Source of the DNA: Seison nebaliae
Lineage: Eukaryota
Reading direction: 5' to 3'
NCBI GenBank assembly: GCA_023231475.1
Contig: JALJEE010002231.1
Location: 48,886-68,885 of the forward strand
DNA: 20,000 bases
In this document: positions 10,538 through 20,000 of the stretch, in pieces
How the letters are laid out: every line of letters begins with the position of its first letter
How positions within the stretch are numbered: the stretch's first letter is position 1
The notes under the pieces: generated by a model
What the model saw: only the letters and a program-made list of their open reading frames with translations
Databases searched by the model: none
Told to the model about the DNA's origin: nothing
Translations under genes and position numbers: made by a program

Positions 10538-11073
10538 GATGTGACTATTCCGGCACATATATTTTCTTTGCCTCCCAAGGAATGTTTACCGACAAATCTA
10601 TATTTCTATTCCGAAAAATGTAACCACATGTTTAGTAATTGAATATTTAAAATTAATGTTTAATAAATATATCAGACTATTCTTTGACTACAATGATGTG
10701 GAACCATTTGGGACCATGATTTATTACGAATTATTGCGAGTTTTATTTTTAATAAACCAACCCTTCCATAAAATTGTTAGATGCAGCATGTCAATTGTTT
10801 AATTTGGTCGACTACACGCAAGAATGTAAAACGCATACTTTTGAAGCACCGTGTAAGTTACGGACCATCGTTCAAAAGTTCCATCAAACAATTCTTTCTT
10901 TCAATAATCATCTTTTATTTGATCCTTAGAACATTTGAGATTTCAAATTAGGTGGTTTCTCAATCAAGAATTTACAATATTACCTTGTCGAATAGTTGTC
11001 CGTATTCCACCAAATTATTCTAGTTATCGTTTTGACGAAATTAAGATAATTTCCAATATGACGAATAATAATT
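10538..11073 (+). CDS. Probable upstream exons of the orphan membrane-protein gene (or a separate small gene); boundaries uncertain
   Basis: Four short open segments joinable by ~50-bp GTT..AG introns (DVTIPAHIFSLPPKECLPTNLYFYSEKCNH/ILFFDYNDVEPFGTMIYYELLR/MQHVNCLIW../KHLRFQIRWFLNQEFTILPCRIVVRIPPNY). I could not resolve the start codon or the link to 11359, and recognised no homology. Confidence 0.3.
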
Positions 11074-11358
11074 GTTAGCATTTAACTCGACTTTACCTAT
11101 TCTCAATAAGTTGCATAAACATCAATCAGCTCATAAAACTAATGATATTAAAGTTAGATACATTACTCTCATTCTTCATTTGATGGCAGTTGAGGACTTC
11201 ACCATGTATTTCTATGTTGTTGTTTGTCTTATATGATTTTGTTTGTAGAGAAGCCGTTAAACTTTGATTTCAAGTGTAACATCAAATTATTTATCATTTC
11301 AAAAAATAAAATAAAATTTCATATGGTCCTATTCAAATTTTTCCTTTCTATTATTCAG

Positions 11359-12756
11359 AATGAAACTATTTCAACGGAACTTCAAACTATCCTAACAAAT
11401 GAAACTACTTCACTTCAATACATTACAAACTTTGCAAACCGACAACAAACTATTGAATTTTCACAACCAAACGACACAGACGTACCTCATAAAACCACAA
11501 ATTTACCGAAATACATTACTGATTCGCTACCAGAAGACTTAGAACTTAACACTACAAACTTACAGCAGAACGTTACAAATTCATCGTTAGTCTTTACAGA
11601 CTTAGAATTTAACACGTCCGAATTCCAAACAATATTGCCAGTTAGTGTTTCTGCCTTGTAACTTTCTTCCAACCAGAATTGGGTTGAATGGAACAATTCA
11701 CAAGAAAAATAATAGATCGTAAGTAATCTCATAAATTATAATGAGTATTCCTGATTATTTATCTAATCTCATTTTCACATCTTTCAACTCATCTATCTGC
11801 TGCCCAAAATTCAATTTATTCTCAAATTATTCCTATAATTTTCATGTGATGTCGTTTATAATTTAGGATTCATCAATGAATTGGGCTGAAACAAATTTAA
11901 CGCTATCAACAAATTTCTCCAATCAAGAAAATGCGTCTCAGAGAATGTACACGGAAAGGAATTTCATTTTAATCTCTAATATTTCGACAAACAAACTTCA
12001 TGTTAATTTTCTTTAAAAATTTTAATTTTGGAAGATCGATTAAGGTCGATGAATTCCATAAACATCTCCTCCAGATCAAGCAGAAAGGTGTTCTTGATTA
12101 TCGGAATAAGAAGAATATTCGTGCTAAAGAAATTGTTTGTATTTCTTCTTCTCACATGCATACTAACTTCCTTTAGCTCAGGAATGCTTTAACTAAAACG
12201 TATAACGAAATAATTGAGGGTGAAGGAGGAATGTTGAATGTTCAAATAAATAAGGAGAAAATTGATGAAGATCGAAAGATAATAGATTATGAATATCTGT
12301 TCGAAACAGAAGTCACAAATATAAAAAATTTAATGAAAATCGGAACGGATGGAATGCAAGAATTATTATTCCCATCTGAATTAGTGGAAGAAAAAATGAC
12401 AACTGAATTAATGAAAGAAATAGACGTTGTTTCTCATAGTTCTAATATTCTTTTCCACATGTCACATAACATTTATGATATTAGCATTATCCACGCCTGA
12501 AATACAATTCGCAAAGAAATTACCGTCGAATATACCAAAAAAATATACTTTCATCGGATTTGTTGCATTATTCCTGCTTGTGATGATTGGAACACTGATA
12601 CTATACCATATCAGTTATCATCAAATTTCTGTGTTCATTTCACTTTCAACCATTCTAGTTCGAGAACAAAGAGAAGTTCAGAAAAAAAATAACGAAAAAC
12701 TTAAACGTGCATGTTCCTTATCGCAAACATCAATAAAATATGTAAGGAGTATTTGA
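11359..12756 (+). CDS. Orphan single-pass membrane glycoprotein, 3' part; join(11359..11640,11867..12001,12045..12134,12177..12438,12485..12756)
   Basis: Frame-consistent GTT..AG introns (226, 43, 42, 46 bp). Thr/Asn-rich region with many N-x-S/T sequons, then the hydrophobic segment FIGFVALFLLVMIGTLILY and a basic tail. 5' end unresolved. Confidence 0.55.
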
Positions 12757-12798
12757 AATAAGAAAAGGAATTTATAAATAAAAAATTTTCGTCAATTG

Positions 12799-14203
12799 CA
12801 AATAAAATTATTTTTTTCTTTTAAATAATTTATTCTTATAATTTCCGATAAGACAAAAAAACTTCCTTTAAAACCATTTACGTCTTCTTTCATATTTGTA
12901 AGGTTATTCGGAGAATATGATGACCCATTTTCCCAATATTCCGGCAAATTATCAAGACCAAATAAGAAGAAAGTACTTGAAGAATAAAGTGAAAAATTGA
13001 GAATTTTTCAGAAAATGGAATAATTAAAAAAAACTGGAATGAACACAAATTAAATGATTTCCAAAAAATAGAAACACAAAAATTTTAATTTAAAATACTT
13101 TAATTCGACTATTAGGTATTCGATTTCAAACTAATAAAAATCTTCCGTTTATTTCTGTCCAGATCTTTATCCAACTCCAGATACTGTAAGAGCATCGGCG
13201 AAAATAAAATCATCTGAAAAGAATGAATGTAAAATGAACGAGAGAAAAGAAGAAAACCTTTGGATGCTAACAATGGACCGTTGGAGTAAATGATGAAATA
13301 TTTGGAAGATGTATAATCATCCATATAAACATCTTTACAATAATCTGTATTTGCAATTATTCCTATGAGATATGGATCACAAGAACATCCACAAACACCT
13401 CCTCCCCAAGCCATATGACGATGATATCGATAATCTACGTGCACATATCTGAAAACGTCGAATATTTTAGAACAGATAATAAAAAAAAAACTTATAAAAA
13501 GATTGGAATTGAATATGTTCGTCAATAACGTTATCGAGAATATAAGGAACACCTCCAGAATGTAACGGCCCAGTAATTGATACTAAGTTAGAAACTTTGA
13601 ACCAATCATTATTATTTGACAAATCCGCGTATCCGAATAATAAACTTAACGTGACTACATTCTCAATATAATATTCGACTTTTATCTGATAAACGAGAAA
13701 TTTTCAAAGAAAAACAAAATGAGGAATTGAAACATTAGAGAACTGAGGTTGTTGTATGACGACTTCTGACATATACGACTTGTTACTAAAATCAGCCACA
13801 TCGGATGGGTCAGGATTTAGTAAAGATTTCCATCTATCGTCCAAACTAATTTCATCTCCTTTCACCATACGTCCAAGCAAAGTCGCTATCATAATTTGAA
13901 ATTTAAAAGAAATTTATTTGATTAAGAAGGAAAACTTTCGAATATTTTAAATTTATTATTTGCTATTTCGATACATGTGAACTTTTCATTTGGTGGTTTA
14001 CTGAACGGCTCTTTCGCATATCGTTCATAACAGAATGACTGATATTTATAAGCTTCTGTTAATTCCATTTTATCCATCACATCCTCCAAAGAAAGATGAA
14101 TACTGTTCTTCCCAATCTTGGTGAAATCGAGAACAGCATCTCTCACTAAACTTCCATATAAATGGATGAAATAAAATTGGATTGTAAAAAGAATAATTTT
14201 CAT
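12799..14203 (-). CDS. Orphan, probably secreted, Cys-containing protein; exons 14203..13936, 13885..13734, 13685..13492, 13448..13258; 3' end unresolved (stop at 13167, or a further exon ~12975..12799)
   Basis: Signal-peptide-like start MKIILFTIQFYFIHLYG. Three frame-consistent GTT..AG introns (50, 48, 43 bp). Contains HMAWGGGVCGCSCDPY. No family recognised. Confidence 0.55.
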
Positions 14204-15251
14204 TTTTCTAAAGAACTTTTCCGGCAACAGAACGAATAAAATTAAAAGAAAAAATAAGTTTAGAGAAATAGTTGAATCTCCACAAGTACCGTAAACCTAT
14301 CAAGAAATATTTGTTTAATTGAAACTTTTTTTCGGTGACTATTATAAAAATGAGAAAATATCTTTTTGATATTTCGAGAAATTAATTAAACGGCAATGGA
14401 AAATAGATCAAAATATGTTACACCCCCTTTTATAAATCATCTAATAATAAAACATCTAACTTATCTAATCTCACTTACATGTTAGACAAACAAAAATAAT
14501 TGATCTTTAAATTTTCTTAAACGTAATTTCGTGAGTTTCTAAAGATATCTTAAATCGTTTATTCTGCTTATTTATTTCGCATCCATTTACAGAAAAGAGT
14601 CGGGAGAAATGTAAAACCAATTAAAAGACTGTTAATGGCAACTACTTCATCGAACGTCGACGAAAACGACAAAAGATTAGTATTATTATTATCAAATTGA
14701 TGTTGACGATTATAATAATTTTGAATAATAGTTAGTTCGATATGTGAGAATTGGAAACTGGACTGTCCTTCTTTGAAAAGATTAGAAGAATCCCAATTAC
14801 TTCGTTTTCTCATTATTTTATTAATCTACTTATCGGGAAAAAATAGTGGAAATGAAACTTATTCTTAATTTACTAAATCGTTTTCGAATAAAATGCCTAT
14901 CAACTTAAAAAAACAGTAAGTTGAATGTTGATAAAATAACACAGAGTTTTCTAGGTTTAACTGAACGAGTAAGAAAGGAAAATATTTTGAAAAACATTTT
15001 CCAACAAATTTAATGGTTTAATTGGACGCAGTACTGGTATAATTCGATATTGGATTCCAATAAACGATAGGACCTGCAATTTTATTACCAAAAAAGTCAA
15101 TTAGCCAATTAATTTTCCGGTTAATTTCATATCATATCGAAATTAACGAAAAATGAACAATAACTGTTATAGTAAAGTGTTTTTCAACGAAAGAATCACT
15201 TATCTTTAATAATGTGGAAAAAAGCAACTAAACATGACCTTATCGTTTGCC

Positions 15252-15439
15252 CGGTGAATTCGTCACCCAATATTATCCCAGCAAAAATCGGTGATTTGTC
15301 ACCGATAAAACGGTTACTACGCGAGAGAATATTTCGAATTAGTCACCAATTTAACTGAATTGCGGTAAATTCGTCATCCTTATAGTTGTATTTCGGTGAA
15401 TTCGTCACTTTCTTATTTATATTTCAGTAAATTCGTCAC
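15252..15439. repeat. Array of six copies of a 15-bp quasi-palindromic motif CGGTGAATTCGTCAC with non-identical spacers
   Basis: Copies at 15252-15266, 15289-15302, 15336-15346 (partial), 15363-15377, 15394-15408 and 15425-15439. The last four end exactly 31 bp apart. Confidence 0.85.
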
Positions 15440-15931
15440 AAATGGAAAGTATTTTGGACATGAATGGATTCGTTCTTCAAGTGCTTAAAGTTGTACTATT
15501 TATTAATAATGGCGACAAATAATCTGCGCCATACAACAAAAATTATAATAAATATTTCGATTCAAAATTTTCCTTATCAAGATATTTGTAACATACTGGT
15601 CGAGTTTTTACCTCCGGTAACTTCTCCTGATATGTCATTCTCCATCAAGCTACTTAAATAACTAATTCGGCAAGAAGAAGTAGTGTTGTTGAAAGTTGAA
15701 TTCAATCTTTAAAAATTCATAATTCATCTATATAAATATACATATACGTATATATAAATAATGTCGATTGGACTATATATTATTCGCAGAATATTGAATA
15801 TTATCACAACAGCACTTCTTCATACATGGTACTTTCAAGAAGTGTCCTATTGGTCATGCTCAATTATACTTAATTGGTGTAGTGCTTGAAGACAGATATA
15901 TCAGACCATTTTCTATCATAATGAAGAATCG

Positions 15932-15960
15932 CCTAATACCTAATACCTAATACCTAATAC
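15932..15960. repeat. (CCTAATA)4 heptamer tandem repeat
   Basis: cctaata cctaata cctaata cctaata c, read directly. Confidence 0.9.
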
Positions 15961-16467
15961 TTTAAAATCCTCTGATCAAATTATTTTGGTGATTCCATAG
16001 TATCTTCATCCATTTAACTTCCATATTATTTCAGAGTGTATTTCTTCTATTTCGATATTAGATATTACGCTTTTCAATGTCTATGGAGATTGCACGAACA
16101 AAACTCGTTTAATCTACTTTGTATTCTCTATTGTGTATTCTGGATGGAACCGTATCATTGTTGACGTTTTTAGTCATACCGGTATTCAAAGATGCATCTA
16201 AAGATCTCTCCTATGTCAACTCATATCGTCGGATCAGTATAACCAATTTATAATGATTTTTTTTATGATTTGCCTAATAACACTATGCAACAAAAAAATG
16301 AACTATGTTATTACAAATGCTTGTTTTTAAGGTATTACATATAAACTTTTATGCTGATAATCATGATGCTCTTACTTTTTCCTTAAGAATTCGGATAAAA
16401 AAGTTTTAGGATTTTAAACATTTTTACAATTTAATAGATGTTTAAAGGGAGAAGTTTTGGAAGTTTT

Positions 16468-17459
16468 TCATTCATTTCTTTTCATTAATTTCATTTGAAT
16501 AAAACGGCGAGGAATATTCTTTTCTTCTTTTTTATTCGTCGTTGTCTGATGGACATAATCTATCGATATTAATTTTAATTCTGGCAGTTCTTTTACTAAA
16601 CATTTCAGGTAAGCTAAATGGAAGGAGTGTAATATTATCGACTAAAAAATACTTCAAATAACTGTAACTTTCATTGAAAAAATAAACGCACGTATCATCT
16701 TGTCGGCGATAAAAATTATCTTCTAATTTATTCGTTTCTGGGTTAAATTTATAATGAGTTTCATCAAATTCGGCGTAATCTCTAATGAACAGACGTCCAC
16801 CATCTTTTTTCAATAACTGTTAATGGAACAATAAAAGAAAGGAAATTTAATGAGAAATGGGAAACGTTCAGGCAATTTTTTAGAATTTTCAAATGTTCTT
16901 CTTTGGGTAATGCTGATAATACAAAAATGAGTGTTATCAGATGAATTGATTGAGGTCGAATAAATTTCAATAAAATTTCTTCGTCCCTCAAATCTCCCAC
17001 GAATGCTACGCATTTGTCTTTATGAAAATCTTTATTTTTCTTATAAACAACAAGTTGAATGAAATAAATAACATTCGAGTAACTTTCAATATGTCAACTG
17101 CTCTGGGAGAGATGTCACATGCAAACCAATTCACTGGTTTATCTACGAAGTTGAGGAGAGGTAACAAACAATTGCCAACACCGCAACCAGCTTCGAAAAT
17201 TGATATTGCTAGAAAAAAAGATTCATCACAAATTAGACGAAAATGATAATGAACTTTCATTAGAGAATTGAAGGAAAATTCCCTCAAAATCAAATTCTTC
17301 TTTTGTCCAATATCGATTTTTGAAGAATCGATCTTCGTTTCGTTTGTAGAACAAATCCCAATTCCTTCCAATTTCCTTCTTAATTTTATTTATTCGAAAC
17401 TCAGAAACCGTCACTGGTTGATTCAATTTTTTTGATCGTTCCTCCTCTTCTATTTCCAT
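16468..17459 (-). CDS. METTL6: tRNA N3-methylcytidine methyltransferase, METTL6-like; complement(join(16468..16613,16669..16816,16866..17039,17084..17208,17255..17459)), 265 aa
   Basis: NWDLFYKRNEDRFFKNRYWTKEEF, SAM motif FEAGCGVGN, FACDISPRAV, TLIFVLSA, RDY..D, NFYRRQD..YFF and TNKKE..PRRFIQ. WDLFYKRN and the lack of the METTL2 insertion favour METTL6. Introns are 46, 44, 49 and 55 bp. Confidence 0.9.
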
Positions 17460-17657
17460 TATTGAATAAGACTTAAAATAATTTAAACAAGAACACACGC
17501 ATATTCTCTTTTGATGAAATTAAAATGATTTAAATTCAATTTAATTTCAGGAGAAAAAAAGCTTCGATGAAAATTTGTTGTTAGGAAATGTACAAAAATT
17601 TAGAATTGAATTAATTGAAAAAAAGAGAAATGTCTAAGAAGAAAGGAAAAAATAAAA

Positions 17658-19673
17658 TTATTTATCTTTAAAGAAATATTCCTTCAAATATTCTTTTTGT
17701 GCTAATCGAGCATGTTTATGAATTCGACGTTTGGGCAACGGCTCATTCTTATAATTTTTAAAATGTTTCCGTTTCATATAGTGGAGAATTCGTTCGTACT
17801 CTGGAAGATTGTATAATGTCATCAAATCGAGAGAATATAATAATAATCGATTTCTTGATCGAATTCGACGTTCAATTCTCTTTTTTAATCTTTTCAATTG
17901 AATCTCATCGAACTTTTCCACATTCGTCACATCATTCCAATCGACATATGAATATGAATTAATCGTTTGTTGATTATCGAAGAAGTATAAACGATCTTCT
18001 TCCTCCTCTAACAATTTGAGTTCGTGTCGGATTTCTTTCAATTCTTTCTTCATAAAATCCTCTTTTTTCTTATTCTCATACGATTCATTCCTATCGGTAT
18101 TCCATTTCTTGTACATTTCTTTCATTCGATTCATTTCTTCTAATTCTTTCGACTTTATCTCAATTCTTAAACGACCATCAACTAATTCATCCAAATCATT
18201 TCTCAAATTCTCCAATTTCTCCAAATTCTTCTCTTTCAATAACTCTCTACATTTCTCTTGATGATTTATCGAGAACTCTGATAATTGCCAATGATATTTG
18301 ACATGTTTTTCCAGTAAATCCAATTCCGGTTTCCACCAATCACCAAAACGTTCATTCATCGATTGAAACGGTGAATAATATCCATTTGCATCATTTAATC
18401 TGAATAACATCGATTCAATAAATTTGAGGGATGATTCATATAATTTCAAATTATTTTCTTTCATTATCTTATTCACCATTTCTATCTTATCCATCGAACA
18501 ATAACCAATAATCTGAAAAAAGGGAAATTAATAATATAAATATAATCTAATATAATAATTTGAAAATAAAATAAACTTGAAGATTCTTCAATAAGTTCAT
18601 TTGTTTAACATCGAATTCATAATTTTTTGTCAATTGTTGAGCAAAATAAGAAAGACTTTTTCCGCTTAGACGCCGAAAGTTTCCGTCCTTCTCATCCGCC
18701 TCTAATAAATGAAAATGTTCATCCAAATTACAATTTCTCTTCCAATTCACTTTCAACATTGGCTATCGAGATATAACGGTAAATGATATAGAATGATAAA
18801 ATGAGAACTTTCTCTTCATTCTTCTTTCTCGATTCTTCCACAAATTTCTCGTTAGTCATCAGACTTTCATGTTCCTCATTCTCCACCAGATATTTCGAAG
18901 AAGCGATAAACGATAACATTTGACTGATATTCTTATCAGATTTCTCGTTAAGCATTCGATCAGCAGCAATCATCATTGCATCTATTCGGGAAAATGGATG
19001 TGATTAGAAATGAGAAGAAAAATGTGTTTACTGTAATTTCGAAGTTTTTCATTCGGTTGTTCTTCCGTCAACATTCGATTGAGGAGTAATGTGGATGAAT
19101 GGAAGTTAGTATGGAAACCAAATTGGAATTTATTCAACAATAATCCATTTTCATCAAATTGAGATTTGTTCACAAGAGTTGATGTGAGATCGATATCCAT
19201 CAACGATCGGATGAATGCATAACTATATCTATTCTTCTCCCTCCAATTTAAAAATTGTTTATTCTTTTTTAATTTATTAAATAATTTCAAAATATAATCG
19301 ATGTCATCCATCTCGTCACATAGAGACAAATTACACATCATCTATTATCGGCAAATGATTAAATAGATTAAATAAAAAATGTTGGAAAAAGTAACAATGT
19401 CGATTTGTAACGTCGTCAAACGATCTTCTTCGTCATGTAATTTTTGGGCAAATTGACGCCAATTCAAATTGGTGAATAAATTCGATTTAATTATTTCACT
19501 TTCCAACATCTTATCCCAATCCTCCGTACACTCATATTGAGACGATATAAAACCATCAGAAATTGAACGATAAAACGAACGCCCATTCAAATATCCTCTA
19601 CCTTTCAAATATATCAAAAGAATAAACTCTTCATTTAATCTATCAACTAACTCAATCTGAATAATTTGAACAT
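17658..19673 (-). CDS. MRPS27: Mitochondrial small-subunit ribosomal protein mS27-like (PPR-type); complement(join(17658..18512,18577..18762,18809..18981,19032..19341,19396..19601,19652..19673)), 583 aa
   Basis: The spliced N-terminus MFKLFRLSRGYLNGRSFYRSIS is Arg-rich and acid-free like a presequence. SSQYEC.EDW, YAFIR, LNKFQFG..N.HS..LL, KVNWKRN..LDEHFHL, LSGKSL, LQIIGY and EEEDRLYFFDN follow the order of MRPS27 blocks I recall. Introns are 50, 54, 50, 46 and 64 bp. Exon 1 is less certain. Confidence 0.75.
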
Positions 19674-20000
19674 AATCAACTTCTCTTATAGAATCATCAA
19701 AGAAAGTTTTCCCCAGAATTTTTCGTGATTTCAGAAAACATTCACAAATTCTGTCGTGCTGATTGAAGAAGCTTCAAAAATGAAATTTTCAAATTGTTCA
19801 CCCCTTCCTCTAAATAAAACGAAGAAATTGAATATTATTATTTTTTTTTATTTATCATGTCAAATCCCCGCGGGGCAAATTAAATAGAAAATATGATAAC
19901 TCTTTCGAAGAGTTATTACCCTAGCATACAAAATTTGATAAACAGTAACGTTGCAAAATAAGTTAATGTTACGTTGAATCCACATATAACTTTACGTAAA

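Noticed and set aside
15252..15439. CRISPR array interpretation of the repeat-spacer pattern
   Set aside because: Repeats (15 bp) and spacers (mostly 16 bp) are too short, the repeats are degenerate, there are no cas genes, and the context is an intron-containing animal genome.
14568..16250. ORFs 14568..14813 (-), 15464..15661 (+) and coding-like patches up to ~16250
   Set aside because: No consistent exon chain or motif. Could be a decayed gene or element, but this cannot be supported without a search.
17022..18261. Plus-strand ORFs 17022..17246 and 18016..18261
   Set aside because: Antisense shadows of METTL6 and of the Lys/Glu-rich MRPS27 exon.
19896..19924. Helitron 3' end (hairpin followed by CTAG)
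   Set aside because: The hairpin is AT-rich and only 4 nt from CTAG, the next base is not T, and there is no other Helitron evidence.

Overview
AT-rich, gene-dense animal genomic DNA (not prokaryotic) with very short spliceosomal introns, mostly 42-65 bp, so many ORF-track entries are exon fragments. Gene models were reconstructed by hand. From left to right: an apparently intronless TSNAXIP1-like gene (+); a 5-exon Tbx2/3 (omb-class) T-box gene (+); a single-domain cyclophilin (-); a second cyclophilin domain that can be spliced in frame into an ~849-aa protein with a Pro/Gln-rich R-x-x-SP repeat N-terminus and a Ser/Gln-rich C-terminus (-); two convergent orphan genes (a mucin-like single-pass membrane protein on +, a Cys-containing putative secreted protein on -); a non-coding array of a 15-bp quasi-palindrome, partly at exact 31-bp period; then METTL6-like and MRPS27-like genes in close tandem (-). 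The most striking signals are (1) a 5' splice-site pattern of A|GTT instead of G|GTRAG, with 13 of 14 introns in the four conserved spliced genes starting GTT, (2) the cyclophilin joined to an array of potential Ser-Pro substrate motifs, and (3) the phased palindrome array. The species cannot be identified from this window, and all homology calls rest on recalled motifs rather than searches.
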